Of a stretch of DNA of 26,044 nucleotides, positions 11,595 through 20,543 are shown one piece after another. Location: positions 1 through 26,044 of the forward strand of contig JBFMGU010000151.1 of assembly GCA_040752415.1 (NCBI GenBank), given 5' to 3'. The DNA is from Myxococcota bacterium (GTDB lineage Bacteria; Myxococcota; JACRCW01). Both the position numbers and the translations under genes were made by a program. Each line of letters begins with the position of its first letter. The first letter of the stretch is position 1. Below the pieces are notes generated by a model. It had not been told where the DNA came from, did not search any database, and saw only the letters and a program-made list of their open reading frames with translations.

Positions 11595-11996
11595 TCATCC
11601 TCCTTTCCGGGCAGACGGGCGTCGCGCGGAGGATAGCAGGGCGGGATCTGCGCGTCCGCCCTGAAGGACGGCATCCAGCTCGGCGACATGGAAGCGGAGC
11701 GCTCGACGGCCAACCCGGTGACACGGCACCGCGCCGCGGCGCACGCACTGGTACAGCGCCCGGGTGGTGGGCAGCCGCAGGTACCGTGCAGCCTCCTCGG
11801 CCGTGAGCCAGGGGCCAGTGGGTTCCGGCGGCTGCGCAGGAGGCACGATTGCTTGGTCCGTGCTCCCACCCTGCGGCACGGCAGGCGCATGCATCGGCGG
11901 AATGGGCGCTGAACTGGTGGTGCTCCCGTGCAATTCCTCTCGAACCACCTCCCGGATGATGTCCGCGAGGAACGCCCTGAGCGCGTTCTCAACCAT
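11595..11996 (-). CDS. Excisionase-like HTH (HTH_17-type) DNA-binding protein
   Basis: WLTAEEAARYLRL...ALYQCVRRGAVPCHRVGRRALRF; N-terminal IIREVVREEL helix; lies directly upstream of the integrase. Confidence 0.85.
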   Translation of the reverse strand: MVENALRAFLADIIREVVREELHGSTTSSAPIPPMHAPAVPQGGSTDQAIVPPAQPPEPTGPWLTAEEAARYLRLPTTRALYQCVRRGAVPCHRVGRRALRFHVAELDAVLQGGRADPALLSSARRPSARKGG

Positions 11997-12960
11997 CCTC
12001 GCCTCCCGCGACGAGGCCCGCCGATCCCTCTTGGACAAAGTCCAAGGGCGCGGAGGAGCCACCGTTCGAAGCCGTTGATCTGAAAGCGGATCCTGTCCGC
12101 GTGGCTGCCCTAGCCGCTGGGGCGGGCGGTAGGGGCAGGAGCTGCGGAAGGAGAGGGCGGCCAGCATGAATGCGCCGGCCGACATCTTGGAGAGATCGCA
12201 GCGGTGCCGTGAGGAGGTCGTCACCCCGAAGGAGGTCGAGGGTTCCCGCTCGCCAGCGGTCAGGTAGGAGCCCGTGGAGCGCCACCGCCAGGCTTTGCAG
12301 CCGCCGTTCGCTTGGCGCGAGGAGGAGCGGCGTCCATGGCGCGGCGAGGTCGTAGCAGGGGGCACCCTGGATGAGGATGTCGCGGATGGCAGCAGCCTTG
12401 GCGGCAAGGACGCGTCCGGTTTCTGTCCCGAGATCGACCTCCACGACCAGCCGAATGGGACCCGCGGGCACCACCACCTCCACGAGCGCGTCCGGGAGGA
12501 TGGTCGCGCGCCCAACTCCCAATGCGCGGCGGAGGTCCAGGTCTGCCCGGAAGAGCGTCACAGTGGCGCTGCCCATGCGCTTCACCGCCCGCAGGACTGC
12601 GACCCGCACCCAGTTGATCTCCAAGAGATGCCGCAAGTCTGCGTCCCGGGATGGCGGCGGACCCACGTGAAGGTCCGCCGTCTCGAACCCCGCGTCCAGG
12701 AGCGCATCCCCGCCACGCTTCGTGAGCACGTACACGTTCTCGCCGTTCAGCGCGGGCACTGTGACGTGGAGGAGCTTGGCGGCGAAGAGCGCCCGAAGCC
12801 TTCTGGACGCCACGCTCCGGTCTCCAAAGTAGACGCAGAGCTGGGAGGTGATGGCGGCGCGCATCCGTCCCACCGCGTACAGCAGCTCGAGGTCCCGCTC
12901 CGTGAGCACCACCCGCTTGCCTGCAGGCCGCTCTGCTCGGCTCTGTCGAAATGCGCCCAT
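11989..12960 (-). CDS. Replication-relaxation (Replic_Relax) family protein
   Basis: LTERDLELL wHTH start, then HLLEIN, ILPDAL and VEVDLGTE (PD-(D/E)xK-like core typical of the family). Adjacent to a coupling-type ATPase. Confidence 0.82.
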   Translation of the reverse strand: MGAFRQSRAERPAGKRVVLTERDLELLYAVGRMRAAITSQLCVYFGDRSVASRRLRALFAAKLLHVTVPALNGENVYVLTKRGGDALLDAGFETADLHVGPPPSRDADLRHLLEINWVRVAVLRAVKRMGSATVTLFRADLDLRRALGVGRATILPDALVEVVVPAGPIRLVVEVDLGTETGRVLAAKAAAIRDILIQGAPCYDLAAPWTPLLLAPSERRLQSLAVALHGLLPDRWRAGTLDLLRGDDLLTAPLRSLQDVGRRIHAGRPLLPQLLPLPPAPAARAATRTGSAFRSTASNGGSSAPLDFVQEGSAGLVAGGEDG

Positions 12961-12963
12961 GTC

Positions 12964-13287
12964 TCACACCAAGGGATTCCGCAGCGCATGGCCGCAGCCT
13001 GGACAGGGCATGAAGAGGAGCGCTTCACGCTCCCCGCAGATGGCGCAGCTCCACGCCCAGCCGGTCGAGACCGCCTTGCACGTCGGACATGAGAACCTCC
13101 CGTACTGCGGCACCTGGTGCGCGCATGCCGGGCACGTGAGTGTCGGGGCGAGTGCATGGCGGGCCTTTCGAAAGGCGGAAAGAGCGCCCAAGGACCATGC
13201 GCCGATCGCCACAAGCCCAACGACCCAGCCCATGGCGAGCGTCGCCACCGCGATGATCAACCACAGGAACAGCCTCAGCCGCTTCAT
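12964..13287 (-). CDS. Small membrane-anchored double zinc-ribbon protein
   Basis: Hydrophobic N-terminus followed by CPAC, CPTC, CAIC and CPGC. ATGA overlap with the upstream ATPase stop. Confidence 0.75.
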   Translation of the reverse strand: MKRLRLFLWLIIAVATLAMGWVVGLVAIGAWSLGALSAFRKARHALAPTLTCPACAHQVPQYGRFSCPTCKAVSTGWAWSCAICGEREALLFMPCPGCGHALRNPLV

Positions 13288-14930
13288 GGCATGCCTCCGC
13301 GTCGGCCTTTGGGGATGGGCGCCGCCGATGCGCCTGGAAGGACAGCCGTGCGCTGCCTGCGCGACGGACGGCCGGCGATCGGCTCCGACGCCACCGCCGG
13401 AGCGGGGTCGGTGCCAAGCTCCGCCTCCGCGGCTTCCAGACGAGCAAGCGCCTCGTTGCGCGGGATGCCGATGGCTCCGCGCTCCACCTCGTCACGCACT
13501 GCCATGGGAAGGTTGTCCCAGACCGGCGGGCTGAACTCAGGAGCGATGATGATCCGCGGGGAGAACGGCGCGGTACGGTCCGCGATGAGGAACGACCTCG
13601 TCGGGAGCTTGCCAAGCTCAGCAATCCGCAGCCGCAGTTCCTCGGCGTGTGAGAGGAACGGGCCGCCACGCCCGTCCGCCGCTCTTGCCACGCGTCCGGT
13701 GATGGGCACGTATTCTGCCCCGGCTTTGGCGTCGTCCGCGCCGGTGCGAAAGAGCAGGCGTATCCGGGCGTTTGCAGCAAGGAGTGAGGCGAGTGACGAT
13801 GGAAGCTGCGTCACGCTTTGGTGGCAACTCCAGAGCCCCAGACCGAAGCTGCGGCCAGTCGTGAGGACGCGGGAGATGAGCCTCTCGGTATACGGCGTCA
13901 ATGCTTCCTGCAACTCGTCAGCGAGGATCACGGTGCTAGTCTTGCGACCACCCGGCGCATCAAATCCCGCCCAGATCACGCGCGTGAGAAGCAAGGATGC
14001 GAGGAGACGCCGCGCTCCATCGGCGCCGAGCGGCGCGCCCGAAAAGTCCAGGATGGTGATGGCGCCGGGGAGAAACATGCGCCGAAAGTCCACGAGCCCC
14101 GGTCCGTGGAGAGCCGCCCGGATGGCGCGGACGCTGAGGAGAATGTCGGCGCGCGCAGCGAGACCGTCCAACGTGGCGGCGGCCTCCCGGTCCAGCCGGT
14201 GACGGATGAAGAGCCGAACGTCAGGGATCGTAGAACGCTCGCCACGTGCGCGGAGCGCGTTGCGGTCGAGGAGGAGGACCCTGAGTTCCTGAAGGGTGAG
14301 GTTTTGCTCGATGGCGAGGGCAAACAGAATGCGCGTCGCTGCCGCCTGTCGGATGCCGAGGCCGTCGGTGGCACCCTCGAAAACCTCCGCGAGAGCTTGG
14401 GCGTGTGTGAGCGGGTCGATACTTGCGTCCCCCTTCAAGAGCTGAAGCTCAACGACATGCGTTCCGCTGAACGGACGAATGACGATCACACGCTCCGTCT
14501 TCTTCCCGCGCAGCTTGTGTCCGCCAAGGACAGCCATCATGTGCGCTGCGAGATCGCCCTTCATGTCCGCGAAAATGCAACTCGGAGGCTCACAACTCAG
14601 AGGCTCACTGCGAAGGGCAAAGTCGATGACCTGTGCGCCTACTTGGGCGGACTCCTGCGTCTTCCCGCCTCCAGTGGCGCCGGATAACCAGACCATGAGG
14701 CCGTGCAAGTCCTTCAGGGGGAGGAGGTACGGGATCCCTTGCCCGTCTGCGCCGAGCGTCAGGTGCGGAGCGGTGGCGCGTTCCTTCATTGATGCGCGGA
14801 AGGCCCGTTCGTCCTCTTGGTCCGCGGCATGAAGCTTGTCGACTTCTGCTCGGGTGGCATCTTGAGCGAGCCTTCGCTCCCTCGCTGGGCGCCGCCCAGC
14901 AAGCCAAAGAAGAAGGTCACTCATCGGCAT
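13284..14930 (-). CDS. Type IV coupling protein-like (VirD4/TraD/HerA-FtsK superfamily) ATPase
   Basis: Walker A GATGGGKT, DMKGDL, Walker B ILADELQ and GRSFGLGLWSCHQSVTQL. Start is 14936, 14930 or 14924. Confidence 0.85.
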   Translation of the reverse strand: MPMSDLLLWLAGRRPARERRLAQDATRAEVDKLHAADQEDERAFRASMKERATAPHLTLGADGQGIPYLLPLKDLHGLMVWLSGATGGGKTQESAQVGAQVIDFALRSEPLSCEPPSCIFADMKGDLAAHMMAVLGGHKLRGKKTERVIVIRPFSGTHVVELQLLKGDASIDPLTHAQALAEVFEGATDGLGIRQAAATRILFALAIEQNLTLQELRVLLLDRNALRARGERSTIPDVRLFIRHRLDREAAATLDGLAARADILLSVRAIRAALHGPGLVDFRRMFLPGAITILDFSGAPLGADGARRLLASLLLTRVIWAGFDAPGGRKTSTVILADELQEALTPYTERLISRVLTTGRSFGLGLWSCHQSVTQLPSSLASLLAANARIRLLFRTGADDAKAGAEYVPITGRVARAADGRGGPFLSHAEELRLRIAELGKLPTRSFLIADRTAPFSPRIIIAPEFSPPVWDNLPMAVRDEVERGAIGIPRNEALARLEAAEAELGTDPAPAVASEPIAGRPSRRQRTAVLPGASAAPIPKGRRGGMP

Positions 14931-15297
14931 GGTCACGACCTATCGGGATGTTGGGAGTCACTCGCGTTCGAGCCTTGAGCGGCCGAACCGCCTTGGCTCC
15001 CGTGTGGCGGCGCCATGCCGCGCGCATCGCGAGGCCAAGGAGCCCCGCGTGACCGAGCACGACAACGACAAGGAGGGCAGGGTGAGTGCGGAGGTGAAGG
15101 GCGCTCCACCAACGCACCACGATAGGGACGGTGGCGTTCACCACCGCGTTCAAGGCCACGATGAGTAGTAGGAGCAAGAAACCGCCGCGAACCGCGCACC
15201 TCCCGAGGCGCGCGGCGGTCTCCGGCCCCGCCACCATGACCACAAACCCCAGGCCCACAACGCCGAGGATGAGGACGCCGTGGATCAGAATGACCAC
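14917..15297 (-). CDS. Small membrane protein (about 3 TM segments)
   Basis: Three hydrophobic stretches and a basic C-terminus; overlaps both neighbours. Confidence 0.72.
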   Translation of the reverse strand: MVILIHGVLILGVVGLGFVVMVAGPETAARLGRCAVRGGFLLLLLIVALNAVVNATVPIVVRWWSALHLRTHPALLVVVVLGHAGLLGLAMRAAWRRHTGAKAVRPLKARTRVTPNIPIGRDHADE

Positions 15298-16106
15298 GTG
15301 GCCACCACCTTGTCCTGCGTGTTGCTGGTGGCTCCGGACGGCCGACGTGGATTGATGAACTGACCCTTTGGGCAGAAGGGCTCCATCCGGACCAAGTCAG
15401 GCGCGGTGAACACAGCCTTCCATGTCCGCTCCAGCCGCTCCGCGCTCTGCGTGCTGCGTTCCGAGCTTGCGCGTTTCATGGTGGTGCGAGTCTCGGCGAG
15501 CCCGCAGAAGCGAACCGTGATGCCGGTGTTATCCAAGACGGTGGTCAGCTTGTCCTGCTTCTTCGCCTTCCCCAGGACCGCACGGGCGAGCCTGGGCTCC
15601 GTCGTTTCGAGCCCATCCGTGACGACGAACACGGCGCAGGGACGGCCACCGTCGCATCCGTCGGCACGCAGCACCTGAAGCGCCCGGCGGATGCCGAGGA
15701 CAATCGGTGAGGAGGTAGCCCGCCCTGCACCATCACAGCCATCGTGAATGCCACGAAGGAGTGCCGCTCGTTGCTCTTCGAGGTCACGCCGCGCCGACAT
15801 TGCTCGGGTGGCATGTGGCGCCTTGAAGACTCCCAGTTCCAAGGGCTCCATGTTGGTGAAGCTGTCCCCGGTACCAAGGAGCGTGAGCTGCGAGCCCTTC
15901 CGGAAGTCGGGCTTGGAGAGTGCCTCCTCGGTGAGCCCCACGGCGGCGGAACACTGCGTCTCCATGGGCATGGAGGTGGAGCGGTCATTCAGGATGGCGA
16001 CGTGGGCGGGCGGCGCGGCGGACGTCACGGCGTTCACGCGCCATGCGGCGAATCCCCCAACTCCGATGACGCCCGTCATCGCCATGATGAGGGTGCTGGC
16101 CTTCAT
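15285..16106 (-). CDS. Exported or membrane-anchored vWA-like protein
   Basis: N-terminal signal/TM MKASTLIMAMTGVIGVGGFAAW, MIDAS-like DRSTS and VVTDG. ATG 16106 overlaps the upstream TGA (ATGA). Confidence 0.72.
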   Translation of the reverse strand: MKASTLIMAMTGVIGVGGFAAWRVNAVTSAAPPAHVAILNDRSTSMPMETQCSAAVGLTEEALSKPDFRKGSQLTLLGTGDSFTNMEPLELGVFKAPHATRAMSARRDLEEQRAALLRGIHDGCDGAGRATSSPIVLGIRRALQVLRADGCDGGRPCAVFVVTDGLETTEPRLARAVLGKAKKQDKLTTVLDNTGITVRFCGLAETRTTMKRASSERSTQSAERLERTWKAVFTAPDLVRMEPFCPKGQFINPRRPSGATSNTQDKVVATWSF

Positions 16107-17119
16107 GACCGCACCCCCTTGAGGCGGGCGGCCACCTCCGCAACCCCCGCGTGGTATCCGTCGAGAACGGCGCGGGCGCAGGATTCCTCCAGGTCCGCCG
16201 CGTGGGCGGCGCGGAAGTTGCGGTCCTCCACGTACGCCAGGTGCTTGGCGTTCTCTTCGTCGATCTCCTTCACCCGGTCCTTGATGCGAGTGACCTCGTC
16301 GACGGCGGCGCCGTGGGTGGCGGACGCCTCGTCGGAGATGTCCTTGCGGCGCGACCATTCCTGCACCGCGGACGCGTGGTCGCGGGCGATGAACTCGAGC
16401 GCGATGATGGCGCCAAGTTCCAAGAGCGTGAGCCCCACGCCGATGATGACGTCACCGGCGTCACGCGCGGCGCCGAGGCGGATGACGGCAGTCGAAGCAG
16501 CCAGGATGAATCCGGCAATGAGCCCGCCGCGGGATGCCGACGTCCGCTCGCCCTTCGGACCGCAGGTCATGATGGACCAGGTCACGAAGATGCCGGCCAT
16601 GAACGCGAAGATGAAGGAGATGGCCCAACGCGTGGGCTCGTCCTCCATCGGCAGGAAGTCATGCAACGCCGGCGTGAAGCCCGCCGTGAGGATACCGGTC
16701 GCCGGATTCGTGAGGAGTACGTTGGGTTCCGGGCGCTCGTCTCCGAAGCGGACCTGGGCAGCGCGGCCGTTCATGTCCCGCGCCCGGGCTTGAGCGAAGC
16801 GGCCGTGGTCGAGCAGCTCCTCCTTTTCAGCGTTGCGCTCCCGGTACAGACGTTCACGCATAGCGTCCTCGGGATGGCGGTCAGGGTCGTACGGGATGGC
16901 GACGTTCTCCCGGGCGCTCGCACGGGCGTGGTGAACGAGGTTCTCCTCGTCCTGCTTCACCGCGACGGGACTGCCGCGGCGGATGCCTTGCTCGTATCCG
17001 TGGTCGTACAAGCCCTTCATGATGCGCACCGTCGTGGGTTCACTGCCGTCGTCACGCCGGGAGATGAGCTGGGACGTGGTGCCGGCCAAGACTCCGTTCC
17101 GCTTCAGGTCGTTGGTCAT
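16103..17119 (-). CDS. Membrane protein with 3-4 TM segments flanked by predicted coiled coils
   Basis: AGGAGG SD, charged helical N- and C-terminal regions and a central hydrophobic block. First gene of the operon. Confidence 0.8.
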   Translation of the reverse strand: MTNDLKRNGVLAGTTSQLISRRDDGSEPTTVRIMKGLYDHGYEQGIRRGSPVAVKQDEENLVHHARASARENVAIPYDPDRHPEDAMRERLYRERNAEKEELLDHGRFAQARARDMNGRAAQVRFGDERPEPNVLLTNPATGILTAGFTPALHDFLPMEDEPTRWAISFIFAFMAGIFVTWSIMTCGPKGERTSASRGGLIAGFILAASTAVIRLGAARDAGDVIIGVGLTLLELGAIIALEFIARDHASAVQEWSRRKDISDEASATHGAAVDEVTRIKDRVKEIDEENAKHLAYVEDRNFRAAHAADLEESCARAVLDGYHAGVAEVAARLKGVRS

Positions 17120-17242
17120 GGTGCCTCCTGGTGGGCGCGTGTTTCAGCGCTCGTTTCCTGGTGTGCTTGCCTGGGGCGGCGGCGCGGCGGCATCTTGAAA
17201 GAACATCCGGCGCATAAGCACCGGAAAGGTCTGGGGATTTTG

Positions 17243-18679
17243 GTGGCGTCGCCAGTTTCGCTTGTCCTGCAATTGCCCGACGCGGATGCTCGGACCGCGC
17301 CGATTTTTCAGGTCAAGGACGGTCGGCGGGAGCTGTGGCGTCGGGTGCCGACGTATCTCTTCGACGTCGTGCTTGTGCTGCGCGTGCGTGGCGCCCTCGG
17401 CAGCACCGGGCCAGGGGTCCCGCTCTGGGAGTTAAGGCGGGCACTACCTGGACGCCCCAGCGACGACAGCCTCCTCGAATACCTCTCTCGGCTGCTCGAG
17501 TACGACTTGGAGTTGGTCGTTCACCAAAGCGGTGATGATACTGCGCTTACGTGCAATCTCCCCGCGGGTGTTTCGGATCTTACGGTGCCGGAGCGTCTCG
17601 CTTGTGAAGCGTATCTTGAGCGGCGTCGACGACAACTTGCGCGGCGCGGCCGGCGACTGGCGACGGCGGCATCGCCGTCAATAGTCCAGTCCATTATTCT
17701 CAAGGTGAACGCGGCGTTGGCGGACGAGGACATCATACTCGCAGCCAAGTACCTCTCCGAGAGCGCGCTTCAGCCGCAGAGTATCGTCGAATCCGTAACA
17801 AGTTCTGTGCGTCCACGCCTCCTGGGCGAGGTGTACTTGCACCGCGCACGCGTCGCGATGCTGAAGGGGGATCCCGTCGACGCGATAGCCAACGCGAAGA
17901 GAGCCCAACGTCAGCTCATGCGGACAAACGACTGGCGGCGCATCGCGGAGGTCCACGTCGTTTGGTGTGCCGCGGCGAGAATCGCGGGCGACCTCGTTGA
18001 AGCGGCAACTCACGGTGCGCAGGCCCGTCGGCTTGCTGAAGAGCATGGCGCCAACGACGCCGCATGGGCACCCGTTTGGACCTCGACCCTTGCGCCGTTC
18101 TTGGCGCTGGGAACGTCGTCAGAGGCCCGAAGAGTGGTTGAGCGGAGCGTCGACGTCGCAGCGACTGTTGGTCACGTATTTGGCGAGGCGGAAGCAAGGC
18201 TCCGCCTAGCTCAGCTGAACCTCATGGACATCGGTCCCGATGCGGCGCTGACAGACCTCGCCGCTGCGGAGCAGTTGATTCGCCGGTTGCCTCCAAGCCC
18301 CTGGCTTCTGGGATGGTCGAATCGGCTCCGCGTCGAGCTTGCCATCGTCACTGGTGATCGGCGCGAGGCGAGTCCGGCCGAGTTTCTGACGTCTTGGAGG
18401 ACGTATGCAAATCAGGGCAACCGGTTTCAACAGAAGCTTCTCCTGCGTGTCCTGCCGGATCTCCGCACGGCTGGATTCTCAGATTTCCTTCATGACAAAG
18501 CCTTCGTGCACCAGGTGGCCGCACTGCACGAGAAGGAGCTTGGGGTCTTTGGATCGCACTGCCCTCGTGGTCCTCACAAGGACGTGCTGGAGGCTTCCGC
18601 GTGCATTGTGAGGCACGCCGCCGCTCAAAAGCTCGACGCCACGGTACTTCTGCATAAGAAAACGCGGCTCAAGTTGTGA
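17243..18679 (+). CDS. Putative regulator: wHTH-like N-terminus plus TPR-like repeats
   Basis: VPLWELRRALPGRPSDDSLLEYLSRL resembles an OmpR/SARP wHTH. Ala/Leu helical repeats follow (LGEVYLHRARVAMLKGD; GEAEARLRLAQLNL). The 16151-17240 part of the long ORF is treated as an antisense shadow. Start uncertain (17195, 17240 or 17243). Confidence 0.65.
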   Translation: MASPVSLVLQLPDADARTAPIFQVKDGRRELWRRVPTYLFDVVLVLRVRGALGSTGPGVPLWELRRALPGRPSDDSLLEYLSRLLEYDLELVVHQSGDDTALTCNLPAGVSDLTVPERLACEAYLERRRRQLARRGRRLATAASPSIVQSIILKVNAALADEDIILAAKYLSESALQPQSIVESVTSSVRPRLLGEVYLHRARVAMLKGDPVDAIANAKRAQRQLMRTNDWRRIAEVHVVWCAAARIAGDLVEAATHGAQARRLAEEHGANDAAWAPVWTSTLAPFLALGTSSEARRVVERSVDVAATVGHVFGEAEARLRLAQLNLMDIGPDAALTDLAAAEQLIRRLPPSPWLLGWSNRLRVELAIVTGDRREASPAEFLTSWRTYANQGNRFQQKLLLRVLPDLRTAGFSDFLHDKAFVHQVAALHEKELGVFGSHCPRGPHKDVLEASACIVRHAAAQKLDATVLLHKKTRLKL

Positions 18680-18687
18680 GCCGCGAG

Positions 18688-18951
18688 CTATTCCTCGGCG
18701 TTGGGCGCGTGCAAGAGCCCTAGTTTCTGTCGGGCTTCACGAAGGAGCACAGTGCGTCGCCGCCACCAGCGCACACGCGGGTTGAGCGACAGTTTGTATT
18801 TGGCGGACTTCCGCCGATCGACTTTCGTGCAGGTTCTACAGGTCGTCGCATGCCAGCTGAACAACGCGTCGATCTCGTCCTGGGTCAGCAGGTCGCCGAC
18901 GCCACTCCGTATGAGGTGCGTCATCTCTTTGCAGGTCAAGGCAGTTGTCAC
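18688..18951 (-). CDS. Small protein with a zf-HC2 (zinc anti-sigma-like) motif
   Basis: CKEMTHLI...LLTQDEIDALFSWHATTCRTC matches C...HxxxCxxC; basic C-terminal tail. Confidence 0.55.
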   Translation of the reverse strand: MTTALTCKEMTHLIRSGVGDLLTQDEIDALFSWHATTCRTCTKVDRRKSAKYKLSLNPRVRWWRRRTVLLREARQKLGLLHAPNAEE

Positions 18952-19430
18952 CTCCGGGCCGATGCGCAGATACCAACGCCACGATCGGCATCATGGCGTC
19001 GGAGCTGCGAATGGGAGAGACGCTGCATGATGACACGCCATGACGCGGCGCGTCAAACGCGGGAGTCAGCAGTCTCGTCGGCGACGCTGCGAGCCTGTTC
19101 CGGTGAGGATCGCAACCTTCGACCCGCTGGTGACCACGGCCGGCCTGCCGCACCTTCGGGTCGGCAACACAATCCGGTTTGAGCGAGGGGTGCTGCCTCC
19201 TGAGTCAAGGCAAGAAAGACAATAGACATAGGGGGTTTGCATCCGCAGATTTTGCGTGCCTCCGGCCGCTTGACCAGTCGCGTACTCCGCGCCACCGTTG
19301 GCGCCAGCGTTTGGCAGTCGCTGCGCGGGGGAGATTCCAAGTGGCGCATCACTGGGCGTCCAGGCACCTACAGAGGGTCGTTGGCGGGCCTCGACCTGGC
19401 GTGGACCTTCGCATCTCCGGTGGCCAGTGG

Positions 19431-19667
19431 GTGACCGACTCACCGCTCAATTACCTGCTGTTCCGCGCGATCGACGGAGTTGGCTGGCTGTTGCGGATGG
19501 GGTTCGCGGTGTTGACCCTGCCAATCGCCTGGTTGGCCAACCGACTTACCAAGTCGCCTCTTCCGTCAGCCCCGTCGGCGACCCCGGCCGCCCCCCAGCC
19601 CACGGAAACGTTCAGAGTCCCCGACTCTGGAATGAACGCTCTACTCGAGCGTCCCAAGCGCCATTAG
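19431..19667 (+). CDS. Small probable membrane protein with a C-terminal PDSGMxxLL motif
   Basis: Hydrophobic segment GVGWLLRMGFAVLTLPIAWLA, Pro-rich linker and FRVPDSGMNALLE. Start uncertain (GTG 19401 or 19431). Confidence 0.6.
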   Translation: MTDSPLNYLLFRAIDGVGWLLRMGFAVLTLPIAWLANRLTKSPLPSAPSATPAAPQPTETFRVPDSGMNALLERPKRH

Positions 19668-19762
19668 ATTAGATTACACGCGCGACAAGGCGGTCCACGA
19701 GGAAACCGGATGCGCCGCAGATGACCTCCAGGTTCACATAGCCAAACAGAGGGAGAACTTCC

Positions 19763-20521
19763 ATGTCGTCGATCACCCTGAAAGAAGCAACACAGTCCCT
19801 CGTCGCACAAGGAGCTTTGACGCAAGCAACGGCCACTGCGCTCGGTGCCGATTCGCGTAGCGTCGGTGTTGCTGATGTGTCGATGCTGTACGACGACCCA
19901 GTCTTCTCTTGCTTTCTGATCGATGAGTCAGGTTCGATGTCCCCCTACAAGCAGAGTGTCATCGAGGGACAAGCGGCAATGGTCGAGTCGCTCCGTGCGA
20001 GCATGAAGTGCAAGAAGGGGTCGTTGTTCGTCGCCCAGTATCTCTTTTCGAGCACGGTTCGCGCGCTGCACCCGTTCTCGGCACTGCAGCCCAAAGGACC
20101 CGACAAGGTATTGGTGCTTGACGACTCGAAATATGCACCGAGTGGAAATACAGCGCTTTACAAGTCCCTCTACTATCTCCTTCAGGACATGGCAGCAAAC
20201 CTTGCAAGCGCGGCACAAAACCAGGTCAAAGCCAGCCTTACCATCGGGGTCATCACGGATGGGGAGGACACCGAAAAGGGCATCGACCCGGCCGAAATCA
20301 AGAAAGTGATCAGTGAACTCCGCGGACAGAAGTTCTTGCGCAAGTCTGTGGTAATTGGCTTGACGCACTCGAGGTTCACGCAGGGCATGCTCGACGAGCT
20401 GCGGGAACGTCTCGGATTTGACGAGGCTATTTCGCTTACCCAGTCTGATCCAAAGGCGGTCCGACACGCCTTTGTTCTTGCGTCCCAATCGGCGGTGTCA
20501 GGCCAGGGACCACGCCCCTGA
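19763..20521 (+). CDS. vWA-domain protein (TerY/YegL-like)
   Basis: MIDAS residues in LIDESGSM, GNTALY and ITDGED; GAGGGAG SD. Confidence 0.88.
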   Translation: MSSITLKEATQSLVAQGALTQATATALGADSRSVGVADVSMLYDDPVFSCFLIDESGSMSPYKQSVIEGQAAMVESLRASMKCKKGSLFVAQYLFSSTVRALHPFSALQPKGPDKVLVLDDSKYAPSGNTALYKSLYYLLQDMAANLASAAQNQVKASLTIGVITDGEDTEKGIDPAEIKKVISELRGQKFLRKSVVIGLTHSRFTQGMLDELRERLGFDEAISLTQSDPKAVRHAFVLASQSAVSGQGPRP

Positions 20522-20543
20522 CGAACGCGGCAGGGAGCCACTG

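Noticed and set aside
16151..17240. N-terminal 360 aa of the 842-aa + strand ORF
   Set aside because: It is the antisense shadow of the 16103-17119 gene, which has a strong SD and an ATGA coupling; protein-like sequence starts only near 17240.
19179..19400. N-terminal extension of the 162-aa ORF
   Set aside because: Arg-rich, non-protein-like sequence; only the C-terminal 78-88 aa look coding.
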